This document shows, in pieces, positions 26,361 to 38,781 of a stretch of 64,000 nt of DNA. The stretch is from Octopus vulgaris. Lineage: Eukaryota. Numbering within the stretch: the first letter of the stretch is position 1; each line of letters opens with the position of its first letter. A program made the position numbers and the translations under genes. The notes beneath the pieces were generated by a model. The model did not search any database, was not told the origin of the DNA, and was given only the letters and a program-made list of their open reading frames with translations. The DNA is taken from positions 50,592,001 to 50,656,000 of the forward strand of contig OX597826.1 of NCBI GenBank assembly GCA_951406725.2. The letters run 5' to 3'.

Positions 26361-28144
26361 TATTTGAGGGCCGAGGCAATACCTGGAGACTTGGGGTGTT
26401 TTTAATTCTGTAATTACAGGTGTAAAAGTTTAGCTCAAAAAGTTGACCTATATATCACAACTGCCATTATCCCCTCCTCTGAAATTAGCAGCCTTATGCC
26501 TTTGTCAGAATCAATGGGTGTTAGATAAAATTGTCTTGTTATATATATTTTGATTCTTTACTTTCTGAGTTCAAATTCTGCTGAGGTCAGTTTTACCTTT
26601 CATCTTTTCAGGACTGATAAAGTACCAATCAAAAATAGTGGTGCTGATAGTATCAAGTAACTTTTGCTTCCAAATTTCAGGCCTTATGACTTTAAAAGGG
26701 TAAAGACCCCACTTTGGTCATGAATGACCATAGGATTGCACCTAGGAAATTTCCCTCTAAGGCACAAATCTGGGCAAAGCTGTTCATGGAAGACCAGCAG
26801 TCACTCATGCATACCAGCCTGCCCTCTCCATGCTGCCAATGTTATCCACGGGAAAGGCAAATGCCAATACAGCTTGGCACCAGTGACGTAGCATCTCATT
26901 TCTACAGCTGAATGAACTGGAGCAACATAAAATAAAGTGTTTTGCTCAAGAACACAACACATAGCCTGGTCCGGGAATTGAACTCACTGCCTCCTAATCA
27001 ATGAGTCATGTGACCAGAAGTAGTGGGTAGATCAGCAGATTGATAGAGCATTGGATGAATTTCCTTCAACATTTCTTCCATTTTTGTACGTTCCAAGTTT
27101 AGAATCTTGCTGTGGTCAACTTCGCCTTTTATTCTCCTGGGGTGGGGGAGGGAGAGGGTCGATACGATAAATTACCAGTCAAGTACTGGGGTCAATGGTA
27201 TTGACTAACCCACTTCTCTTCCAAATATTGCTGGCCTTGTGCTTAAATCAGAAAGTGTTCTTGTTCAAGCAGATTTTGGATACAGTTCGGGTTTTTATTT
27301 TAATTAAACTCCTGTATCTGGTTTCAATAGAAGTGAGTGCATGTGTTAATGAGAAGAGGAACCTAATCTAAAAAAAAAAGAGATCTTAATATATCTATTT
27401 CTTCTAATTATCCTCAGCTTGCTTTTCACTATTGCTTTTGTTTAGCATTTAGTATTTCACTTCCACCCTCCTCCACAACCAACACCCATTTACTTCTAAA
27501 CGAGTATTTTCTCATTTAGTTGCAAATCTATGTTGGTGTTTATTTCATTTTATTTTTTTTTGTTTTTTAGCTTTCATATCAATATACAAGCGACCCCCCC
27601 ATCCCCTACTACCATTGCTCTCCTTGTCTCACTTTCTATTCTATTTAGCACTATACTATATTATTAGGGCAATGTCCTCGTAACCTCGTTATGTACTTGT
27701 TACTTTTTAGTTTATTTGTTTACATTGTAAAGTACACCCTGGTCTCAGACAGCATATGTGTTTAAATGTATCTGTCTGTAAGCCAATGAAGGAGCCTCTA
27801 TGGGTGGGACTTTCTTTCTGATAGAAACAACAGCAAAACATCCCTCAAATTACACCATAGTATCTTAAAATACGAGTGCACATTAGAAGATGTAGCCCAA
27901 GATACCTGTTATTGTAAAAAGACATGAATTAATCACAGGTGGAATGGCAATGTTTATAAAGGTCTGTTTGATTAAGGTTGTCTTGGGTTTAAACAACAAA
28001 TGTAGAAATGTATCTGCTTTACTTTGACGGAGAAGGTTCAAGCCCCTAGAGGATGTTCAAATGGGATGGAGAAGAAATTGAAATAGTAAATATTATAAAT
28101 GGTCAATAGTTATTAATTAGCTGTTGAGTTCTAAAACACCTTAA

Positions 28145-28361
28145 CCCTTTAGCAATCAAACTGGCTGTATATGACCCAAATATTCATGTTTATGTTGAAA
28201 CCACCCAGATCCAGCCTATCACACATACCCTTCAATGTCATTGTAAAAATATACAAATTACATCATCAAAATTTCAAAGCTACAAGATAATGCATGATTA
28301 ATTCAAGACAATATGAATTAAAAAGCGTTGCATTTGACAGAATACTTTGAATACTAAAGGG
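28145..28361. mobile_element. piggyBac-like MITE
   Basis: ttaa|CCCTTTAGCAATCA ... TGAATACTAAAGGG|ctaa; same family as 50443-50647 and 62301-62521. Confidence 0.8.
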
Positions 28362-28677
28362 CTAATTATCAACCAAAAGGTGATTAAAAAATAGTTAATA
28401 ATGACAGAAGCAGCAATCTTTATCTCCAAAGTAATGTGGCCATTATTAGGACACAGAATACTGCCTTACTTACCTTGATAGGACTTCTCATATGGACTTG
28501 TGGTACATAAAAGCACTTATATTTATATCATTCACAGATGAGAACTGTCCACTATGACTGCCAGATCATGTGATTTTGCTCTATTTTGAGCTCTTCAGTG
28601 ACATTAATTATTTTTTAATGAACCCACTGATTATTTGTGACATCAGTGCCTGAATAGACACTGATATTATTCTTTGT

Positions 28678-28885
28678 TTTTTATACTTTTATTTCTTTCA
28701 GTCATTTGACTGTGGCCATGCTGGAGCACCACCTTTAGTCGAGCAAATTGACCCCAGGACTTATTCTTTGTTAGCCTAGTATTTATTTTTTATCTACCCT
28801 TTGCCAAACTGCTAAGTTACAGGGACGTAAACACACCAACATCGGTTGTCAAGTGATAGCGGTGGGGTACAAACACAGACACACA

Positions 28886-28930
<45 letters not shown>

Positions 28931-29081
28931 CAGGTTTCTTTCAATTTCCATCTACCAAATCCACTCACAAGGCTTTGGTCGGCCAAAGGCTTATAGTAGA
29001 AGACACTTACCCAAGGTACCATGCAGTGGAACTGAACCTGGAACTATGTGGTTGGTAAGCAAGCTACTTACCACACAGCCT
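28678..29081 (-). mobile_element. SINE family A, near full length
   Basis: Reverse complement of 5465-5906. Confidence 0.87.
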
Positions 29082-29895
29082 ATCGTTGACAGGAGATTTG
29101 GCTGTTATGTTGCTACTGGATATCTGCCACAGAGGAGCCTAAAACAATGTGAAATCATGTGATCTAGCAGTTCTGGTGGCCATAGCAGAAGGTCCTTGTT
29201 CTGACAGCGATATGTATATGAGTGCTTTTATACACTGCATGACCATGTGAGAGGTCCTCTCAAAGTCAACAACATAGTATTCTGTGTTTTTACATTAAAT
29301 CCATGCTACACTGGAGATAAAAGTTGCCAAGAGGTGATTGTTTTGTGTAGGGTTTTGCTGGTACCTTTTCTTTAAATTGATAGTAACTCTTTCTTTCTTT
29401 CTTTTTTTTAAATACGTCTATAAGAATAGGATGAAAGTACATCTCCTTGTTAGAATTTCTCAGACTGGAAAATAAAATTAACTTGAAAGAAGTTAGTACT
29501 GCTAATGTTTTGTGTGAAATGTTGCAGATTAAAGGTTGAAGGAAATGAAAGAGAGAGAGAGAGGGGGAGGGAGGGAAGGGTGCCCTGGGAGAGATGGATT
29601 AGGTAGAGTTTGAACTGCTGACCTTTGTTGAATAGTCTAGTGTTTTAACCTCTCTTGTCACTTCCTTTGTATTTAATACTACACTTATAATGATGTCTTG
29701 CTACAATTATTAACCTTTTGTGTTTGTTCCTACAAGAGATTTTAATCTCTATATTGTTCTATCTTCATGTATACACACACACACACACACACAAAGCAGA
29801 AATTTGATATTTCTTTTATTTCACATCTGTAAATGCACATTTCTGTAACATACATTCAATGATGACAAATTATAATGCCCTATACTAATTGCATA

Positions 29896-30113
29896 CAAGG
29901 GGTGCCGAAAAGTTCCTGGCTTTGAGTAAAAGAAAATACAGGAGGGTCTCAGTTAATTATGATTTTATTCAACCTATTCCCCTCTCAGATTCACACGCTT
30001 ATTGCACTGGCCTTTTTGTTTTTCTAAGCCCTGTAAAAGAAACTCGGAAGGTCGGGCTGCCAACCTGGCCTTTCTTGATTCCCTTAAAGCCAAGAACTTT
30101 ACAGTACTGCCTC
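29896..30113. mobile_element. Mariner-type MITE
   Basis: ta|caaggggtgccgaaaagttcctggcttt ... aaagccaagaactttacagtactgcctc, degenerate TIRs. Confidence 0.6.
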
Positions 30114-30134
30114 CCACAGCAGTGGGAGTTTATC

Positions 30135-30770
30135 ATGAATATTAAGGACTTTAACTAATATACCATAATTTTGTCATGCATATATACGACAGGCTTCTTT
30201 CAGTTTCCGTCTACCAAATCCACTCACAAGGCTTTGGTCGGCCCGAGGCTATAATAGAAGACACTTTGCCCAAGGTGCCACACACTGGGACTGATGAATA
30301 TTAAGGATTTCAACTAACATACCATAATTTTGTCATGCATATATATGACAGGCTTCTTTCAGTTTCCATCTACCAAATCCACTCACAAGGCTTTGGTTGG
30401 CCCGAGGCTATAGTAGAAGACACTTTGCCCAAGGTACCACACACTGGGACTGATGAATATTAAGGACTTCAACTAACATACCATAATTTTGTCATGCATA
30501 TATACGACAGGCTTCTTTCAGTTTCCGTCTATCAAATCCACTCACAAGGCTTTGGTTGGCCCGAGGCTATAGTAGAAGACACTTTGCCCAAGGTGCCATG
30601 CACTGGGACTGATGAATATTAAGGACTTCAACTAACATACCATAATTTTGTCATGCATATATATGACAGGCTTCTTACAGTTTCCCTCTACCAAATCCAC
30701 TCACAAGGCTTTGGTTGGCCCGAGGCTATAGTAGAAGACACTTTGCCCAAGGTGCCATGCACTGGGACTG
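30135..30770. repeat. Tandem array, 4 x 159 bp, built from flank plus part of a family A SINE (SINE head continues to 30827)
   Basis: atgaatattaagga units start at 30135, 30294, 30453 and 30612. Confidence 0.95.
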
Positions 30771-33700
30771 AACCAGGAACCATGTGGTTGGTAAGCAAGC
30801 TACTTACCATACAGCCACTCCTGCGCCTATCTAAAAACAATTAGCAAAAGCATGACATTTTATGAAGCCATACTCACTTGCAAGTAACAGCTGTGTATAC
30901 AAACTTTTAAGAAATTGTTTTCTTTATTCCAGATTCCTTTTGTCTTCAATTTCCTGATTTTCTATTTTGGGAGGCTATATTTAATATTTACTCTTTCTTT
31001 GACGATTTCTATAAATAGACCTTTTGGGATTTTTAAATTCCACCCTGCTTTGATCTTGGATGTGAACTAGTGTTTTTGATTGTCGGTAAAGATGTACCAA
31101 CTTTTCTGTACTGCCTTTGGCGTAAAATGGATAACGCAAGGAGGGAGAAAAAAAAAATAACAATCTGTTTTTTAGAAAAATTTACAAAAGAGTCTGCAGT
31201 AATTTAATTTCTATTTTTATGTCATATTTCTTAGATGGATTATTGTTGAATTCTTTTGAGTTTATTAATGTTGGCTGATAGAGTTTTCTGGAGTGTTAAA
31301 GAAAATAAGATTCCTCATGTAAGAAAAAAATGTTAGGTAACCAACAAAAAATTTATAACACATTAACTCATGGGAAGTCTAGACAATGTTGATAGTTGAT
31401 ATACTGTAAAATAGATTGGTTAAAATCTTCAATATAGTAATTATTAACAAGAGAAGCAGTATTAAAACCAAAAGGCAATTTTTGTATCCAACTTAATGTG
31501 GATGTATTGGTAGAGCTCTGAATATTGCGTTATTTACCTTAAGAGGACTTCTTATGTGGGTGCATGGTACATACAAGCACACATGTTTATATCATTAGCA
31601 GATGAGAATTACTTTCTGTCACTAATAATTATTTTTTGATAAACCTGCTGGCTATTTACAACATCAGTGCCTGAATACACCCTGAAATTCCTTATATTGA
31701 TGGCAGTAAGGTTTGGTTGGTATGCAGCTACCAGACATCTGCCACTGAAGAGATGGGGCATGTTGAAATCACATGATCTGGCAGTTTTGATCCCCGTAGT
31801 TGATGATTTTTGTTTGCCAGAAATATGTGTGTACTTTTATCTACCATACAGCTATATGAGAGGTCCTCTCAAGATATATAATACAGTATTTGGTGCTTTA
31901 ACAATACATCAACTTTAAGTTGGCAATAAAAATTGCCTTCAATATAGTGCTTAAGGAAGGCTAATTACTCCATTTCTGTTGTCTTAGCAGTGCCACTGCA
32001 TGGCTGCAGACTATTAATTGGAACCAGTAAGAGAGTATTCTCATCAGTTTAAAATTTCTGAATATTTTCACAGCTGAAGGACCTTTCTTCTATGAAACCA
32101 TTAAACTGTGAAATAAAGGGCTTTGTGGTATTTGACTGGTCATCAGTAGTTGACTGTTCACTGGGTAAATTTACAAGCCAAGTTATATGACTTTCATTAA
32201 AGCTTAAAATGAAATATCTACGGTAAGGTACAAAATTCCTGCTTAAAAAGGTTGCAGAAAATATCAGTCTCAAATTTTGGTACAAGGCCTGCAATTTTAG
32301 TGGTGGGGCTAAGTTGATTAAATTGGCCCCAGTGTTCAACTGGTACTTATTTTATCAACCCCAGAAGGATGAAAGCAAAGCTGACCCCTATGGCATTTGA
32401 ACCCAGAATGTAAAGATGAAGGAAATGCTACTAAGCATTTATGGTTCTAGAAAATATTGATGTGAGAACTATAAACAATGCATATAAATTCTCATTTATT
32501 TCCTGTAAGCCACCTGAAGGTAAACCTTTGCTGGCCTATTTATTATTTAATTCAACATGCCCAATACATTTACTTCCAAATGTTCATTAAGTACAGGCTT
32601 GAAGATTTAGATAAGGCAGTAATTCAGAAAAAAATATTAAACTTTTTAATTACAATATGTATAAAAAGACAGTTTGAATTTTGTTGTATAAATAGTTTTG
32701 CCAATGAATGGAAAATATTGCTGAGATAAAACATCAATGAAGAGTGCAGGTAACTTGGCAGAATTGAGATATGGTAAATTGATGTCTTGTTCAGCTGAAA
32801 AGAGTCATTATTAAGACTAGCTGAAACAAAAGTAAACAACTGAGTCCTTGTTCAGGCAGAGTTGTGGTTATAAGAGACAGAGGAAAGCCTTGAGTTTTAT
32901 TCATATTGCAAATATATGGCTGAGAGATACTGTTCTCATTGGTTCAATAAACCAATGAAAATGGTGGAAAGCAAACTTCATCTGGCAGCTGGAGAATCAC
33001 TACATTAGCTTCCTTTTAGATTGAGAACCAGCAATTAGTAAGCATTAAAATAATGCAAAAGATAGTGAAAACTGATGATATAGAGGGTGAGAGTTGGTAA
33101 AGGGATTGACAAAATATACAATGCATACTTGAGCAATGTGCAAATGATTTGTGTGATATGAGAGCAATATGCAACTGGATCTGCATTAGTGGCTTTGTAT
33201 AACGTGTTTGCAAGATACAAGTGGCTCTGTCCCGAGGTTACACAACAGCAACGACAAACATTTTAAACTTTTTCAGCTTAAAAGTTTATATTACTTTTGC
33301 AATCATAATTTTTTTCCTGTTCAAATATGTTTGAAAATTCTCCAAAATGCAAGAAATGTGAATTTGAACGTGTATATGCCTTAATATCTTGTATGTTTCC
33401 TATGAGAGTATCTGGTTTTATTGATGTCTACACCCTGTCTGCAAACTATTTTAGTGTGGACAAATTGGTGTAAAAAAAGAACCCACACACTCGCACACAC
33501 ATGAACTTAAGTTAGAGAGAGTGGGGAGTGCCTGTGTGTGTAGTATATTTTTGTTTGCTTTCATCGAGCAGTTTATTCAGTAATCATTTCATAATTTTTC
33601 CTTCTAATTATATCGGTGTGTTTTATGGAATAGATGTCTGGTATGTGTGTGTGTGTGTATGCACAGATGATCACCTACACATTCGCATGCATGTGTAGGC

Positions 33701-33842
33701 TCCTTGATAAGTAGTAAAACCAGTTTCTATTACCAGTCTTCAGTGCAAGACACTCTCCTTCTCTCTCTGTCATTTTAACATGTTTTTCCATGTTAGCATG
33801 AATTGGACAATACTATCTCATTACACATCTCTCTCTCTCACT

Positions 33843-33873
<31 letters not shown>

Positions 33874-34541
33874 ACACAGACCAAGTAAATAGTTTTCGCT
33901 ACCTATATGAATGCATTTCAAATTTATTTATTTATAATTGCTTTCAATAGATTTTCACTGGTTGTTTATAAAAATGTGTACTTGAACTTTTGTGTCTTCT
34001 GATCAGACAGAAAAGAGACTTCAAAGTGTCATTTAATTCTAATTCTAGTTTTAACATAAACGATAAGACCAAGAAATGTGATTTTAACTACCAGAAAAGT
34101 TTGAAACCTGGTCTTTTACGTTTCAGTATTCTGATTGTATGTTCTTTAGTCTTCGCTTTTTCATTGTAAAAGACATTTTATTCTTATGGCCATGCTGGGG
34201 CACTACCATGACGGATTTAGTTGATCAGATCTAGCCTGTACTTACATCTGATATTTATTCTAACAGTGTCTTTTTATTGAACCACTAACTTATAAGGATA
34301 TAAACAAACCAACACCAGTTCTCATTCTGAGATACACACACACATGCGCGCAATAGGCTTCTGCACAGTCGTTGTCTACCAAATTTACTTGCAAGACATT
34401 GGTTATCTCAAGATACAGTGTAGAAGACACAAACTCAAAGCAAACCTGAAACCACGTGGTTGCAAAGTGAACTTCTTACTCACACAACCATGGTCACCCA
34501 ACCTGCTAGAAATAGGAGCCAAATCAATGATAATAATAAAT

Positions 34542-34930
34542 GATTTCTTTTATTCACTACAAGGCCTCAGGAGTAGAGCACATAGGTTAAGCAGAAAAAC
34601 AAAACAGGAAACAGTGGGAGATCAACAACGTGGCTGCAAAGACATCCTTACCAGATAACAATAAATGTAGTAATAACAGTAAAGATCCAATATAACAAGA
34701 GAGAAGGATCTTCAAAATAGAAAGGTGACTCAGGGCACACCACACTCAACACAGGAATACCTAGATACATCAAAAGCAGGTACCTTTTCCTAGTTCTTAC
34801 CACCAACCTATAGTTGCATACATAAGCTGGCCCAATTCCACTACTTTATCCAACTTTCAAAACATTTACGGGGGGGGATGGTGAGGAGGCTGCATCTTTC
34901 TTCCTACCGTCAACGCTACCTTCCATCACA
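34542..34930 (-). mobile_element. Old LINE 3' fragment, Tx1-like tail
   Basis: tttcttttattcactacaaggcc resembles the tail at 24841; otherwise heavily decayed. Confidence 0.4.
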
Positions 34931-35340
34931 GATAATTTATAAAGAAATTCCTTAATTAATATTTGGATGTAGTGATTGAAAACAGGAAGTGTCTTCATAT
35001 TAACAAAAAAACAAAATGAAAGGTAAACAAAGCTGCATTTTGGTGTGCAGTAAAAACATGCAACAAAAGTAAGGTTATTACTTTAATAATAATAATTCCA
35101 AATTTTGCGATAAGGGCAGTCATTTTGGGGGAAGAAATGAGTCAGTTACATCGACCCCAAAGTTCTACAGGTACACAATTTCTTGACCCAGAAAAGATGA
35201 CAGGCAGTGTCAACCTGGGCAGAATTTGATCACAGAACATAGCAATGGGTGAAACACCACTAAGCGTTTCATCCAGTGTACTAACGATTCTACCAGCTCG
35301 CCGCCTTAATAATGATAATAATAATAATAATAATAATAAA

Positions 35341-35670
35341 CAAAGAGAACAGAAAGTGCCAGGTAATTAACTGTACAGTCTCAAATGGTGAGAAAGTCAA
35401 TGTGAGAGGTATAGAGAAAATTGCAAAGTACCAAATGCAATGTTAAAAGCACCCTGTAGTTATAGGTTCATTGGGAACTATCCCTAAAGATTTCAACAGG
35501 TGCATAGAGGAAATATGCATAAAACCTACTTTAGTGCTGCTCCAGAAAACAGTATTATTAGAGACAGCCAGGGTACATAGGAAGGTTCTTGGCATCTATG
35601 TTTACTTGTTGTGGCTTGATATTAGGAATTTTTTCTTTTTCCAACAGTTTAATCTGTTGTGTGTATATGA
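35341..35670 (+). mobile_element. 3' fragment of an R4/Dong-like (restriction-like endonuclease) LINE within (TAA)n
   Basis: Translates PVVIGSLGTIPKDF..CIEEICIKPTLVLLQKTVLLETARVHRKVL, the typical C-terminus of R4-clade ORFs; (TAA)n on both sides. Confidence 0.7.
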
Positions 35671-35720
35671 AATAATAATAATAATGATGATATCTAACCT
35701 CCTTTTTTTCTATTTTCCAG

Positions 35721-36018
35721 AAATGGAAGCGGCGTTTTTTTGTGTTGTTCAAGCCAGCAGCTAGCTTACCCGAACAGTTTGTACTAAACTACTACGGAGA
35801 TGAGCAGTGCCGCAAACGGAAAGGTCACATTGATCTGGAGCAATGTGAACAGATAATCGAATCGCTGGATGTCGGAGAATACCCGAATGTACTCTCGATC
35901 AAGACAATCCACAAAGGAAAAGAAAGAGTGTACTTTTTGGCCACCGAGACAGAAGACGACATGATCACCTGGGTACAAAACCTTTGTTATGTCTGTGGCA
36001 TGAAACAAGAAGAAAATC
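35721..36018 (+). CDS. GAB1: Internal exon of Gab/Dos-family docking protein (GRB2-associated binding protein-like): bulk of the N-terminal PH domain
   Basis: Acceptor cctttttttctattttccag|AAATGG and donor AATC|gtaagt. Translates KWKRRFFVLFKP...VLNYYGDEQCRKRKGHIDLEQCEQI...RVYFLATETEDDMITWVQNLCYVCGMKQEEN, which aligns by eye with the Gab PH domain (WKRRWFVL...LEYY...IDLNLCEQV...[23 protein letters not shown]). Phase 0 in, phase 1 out. The symbol denotes family; paralog assignment is not resolved. Confidence 0.93.
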
Positions 36019-37184
36019 GTAAGTAGACTTCTTTGATTCTTCCATTTATCTTTCTCTTTCTCTCTTCCTCCTCTCTTTCTTATTAAAGTTCTGTTTTCAG
36101 TCACAGGGTCCTAGGTTCAGTTACATGGCATTCCACCATGGTTTTTTTTATTTATTATCCAAAGACATGCGAGTGACATTTTGTAGAGAGAAACTGTGCT
36201 GAAACTCAGTGGACATGTATGTATGGATGTGTGTATGTATATTTGTGCATGTGTATATACATGTATACATGGAAGACATGGGACGAAGTACACTAAACCT
36301 TACTGAGGAAGATGGCAAAAGACTGGGATATCCAGTGCCTTGCTGTACTCAAGCAAAAAGACCCATCCTCCATGGCAGAAGTGTTAATGCCACTCCTCCT
36401 GATGAAGAAGATTGGCCTGCAAGAGTCACGTGCCAGTGCCACATAAAATGTACTTGTGCTGGTGACACGTAAAAGTGCTTATACCAGTGCAATGTTAAAA
36501 GAACCCAGCACACTCTGTAAAGTGGTTGGTGTTAGGAAGGGCATCCAGCCATAGAAACCAACCAAAATCAGATTGGAACCTGGTGCAGCTCTCCTACTAC
36601 TGAGCTCTCTGGTCATACTGTCTAACCCATGCCAGCATGAAAAACGAGTGTCAAAGGATAATGATGTTTGTGCATGTGTGTATATATATATATGTTTGTG
36701 TGTGTATATATTATCGTTTTAGCTTTCAATTTTTTGTTTGCATGTACCACAATTTAATGGGGTAGATTTTTCTAAAGCCAAACGCACTTCCTGTTACCAA
36801 CCCTCATATGTTTCTGAGCAACATAATACCCCCCCACTCACACCCATAGCCATATGTGCTTTCACAGAATATTGGAAAGGTATGACACTGCTTATATGAC
36901 AATGACACTCATTTATAACTGTCACGCAATATCACGACAAGGCAACACATACACACCCTAATATTACAGGCTTCTTTTGGTTCCTTTCTGTCTACTAAAT
37001 CCACTTGTGAGACTCTGGTTGGCTCAGGGCTTTAGTAGAAGACACTTGTTCAAGGTTCCACGCTGTGGGACTGAACCTCAAACTATGTGGTTGAGAAGCA
37101 AACTTTATAACCACAGAGCCATACTTGTGTCTCTGTTGTTTTATCTCTCTCTATCTATCTATCTACATGTATATATATATATAT

Positions 37185-37425
37185 ATATACTTTATTTAAA
37201 GCAGCAAAAATTCAACAAAAACCTGTTACTCTGAGTTTCACGTTGCCGTTCATCGGACAGTTTTTGCTAGAAACGTGTCATCGATGCAACTGTCTGATGA
37301 ACGTGAAACTCACAGTAACAGGTTTTTGTTGAATTTTCTGCTGCTTTAAATAAAGCATATTACTCTACCACTGGTATTTGAGTACTCTTTTTTCTACCTT
37401 GTTTCACATTTATGTGTTTACTTCG

Positions 37426-37430
<5 letters not shown>
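37185..37430. mobile_element. Penelope-like terminal repeat in inverted arrangement, with minimal hammerhead motifs
   Basis: Arms 37185-37262 and 37288-37360 are reverse complements, each with a CYGATGA...GAAAC..GTA core; flanked by (TA)n. Confidence 0.7.
37223..37260 (-). ncRNA. Degenerate type I minimal hammerhead ribozyme motif
   Basis: Minus strand CUGU-CCGAUGA-ACG-GCAA-CGU-GAA-ACUC-A-GAGU-A-ACAG: stems I, II and a palindromic stem III all close; one core substitution (CUGAUGA to CCGAUGA). Confidence 0.62.
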
Positions 37431-37460
<30 letters not shown>

Positions 37461-37626
37461 ATAAAAGGGGATTTATAAACTGAGATGTGTCCTCAGTCAG
37501 TACATCTGCAAACACTAACAGAATGTATTAAAATGACTGTATGAAGGAATAACTATATCATAATTTCCATTCTTGGACTTACTATATACAAATATATATA
37601 TTTGAGCCAAATTAACTAACTAACAC

Positions 37627-37671
<45 letters not shown>

Positions 37672-37687
37672 TACATATACATACATA

Positions 37688-37901
37688 CAGTAATCCCTCG
37701 CCATATCATGGTTTAGTATTTAAGCTTACGTCAGTTTCTCTGTGGTGGTGTTTTGCATTTATAATAAAATAAATATATACAAATTATAAAAATAACAAAT
37801 AAAAATATACAGTACAGTACAGTACTGTTTCTACTTCATGAATTTTCACCTATTGTGGAGGGTTTTGGAATATAACACCTGCAATGGTTGAGGGATTACT
37901 A
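37688..37901. mobile_element. Tigger/pogo-like MITE
   Basis: ta|cagtaatccctcg ... tgagggattacta|ta TIRs. Confidence 0.72.
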
Positions 37902-37942
37902 TATATGTGTATGTATGTGTATATATATATATATATATATAC

Positions 37943-38247
37943 ATGTGGAGGCACAATGGCCCAGTGGTTAGGGCAGCAGACTCACGGTTGTAGGATCGCG
38001 GTTTCGATTCCCAGACCGGGCGTTGTGAGTGTTTATTGAGCGAAAACACCTAAAGCTCCACGAGGCTCCGACAGGGGTTGGTGGCGATCCCTGCTGTACT
38101 CTTTCGCTGCAACTTTCTCTCACTCTTTCTTCTGTTGGCCTGCTCGCTTAGCCAGTGGGGTGGCGTCATTTGAAGGCTAAAACAATGCAAAGCGCATTGT
38201 GACCAGCGATGTGTAGCAACATCTGATAGTCTGGTCGGTCACAGTGA
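37943..38247 (+). mobile_element. SINE family C, tail type 2
   Basis: Same head and body as 7142-7446 up to ctctcactctttcttc, then a different 3' end. Confidence 0.85.
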
Positions 38248-38781
38248 TATATACATACATACATTATGTTAATCTTTTGGGAATATTTTAGGAATATGGA
38301 CTCTCTGCAACTGTCTTCTGACACATTCTATTCTAGGCTTTCTTTTCTATTTATTTCCATATCACCTCTGTCATTTTCAGCTACTCTTTGGCATGGAAAC
38401 ATTATGCATTCTGTGTCCTTTTCCTACACTGTTCCGATCCAAAGTTTGTTTTATTAAATATCTCTCTTGTCTTCTTAGCATATGGCCTACTCATCTCTCT
38501 TATGTTTTTTAGTTATTTGTTGGTCACTCGGTTACATCAAGTTGCACCATTTGTCTTTCTCTTCTTTTCGCAACCAGTGGAGCGCAAAGCACTTCTCACA
38601 ACTGCAAGGTCATGAGATGGTTGAGACTTGTAAACAGGTTTGAGTAGGAACTGGAAAGTATGAGCGCAATGTGCATGCATACACTGGATTCATAAGACAG
38701 AAGAGAAGAATAAAAACACAATGCGCATGTCACATCTCACACAGCTTGGCTGAAATTTTCTTATTTCCTATTTACAAGATT

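Noticed and set aside
30135-30770. CRISPR-like regular array
   Set aside because: Whole units are repeated with no unique spacers; SINE-derived tandem duplication in a eukaryote.
32074-32222. Possible first exon (ttttcacag ... CTACG|gtaagg)
   Set aside because: Stops in the frame needed to join the phase-0 PH exon, and no KSPP motif; a non-coding exon is not excluded.
37943-38020. tRNA gene
   Set aside because: A/B boxes continue into a SINE body found in other copies, so this is a SINE head; likewise 5465 and 51681.
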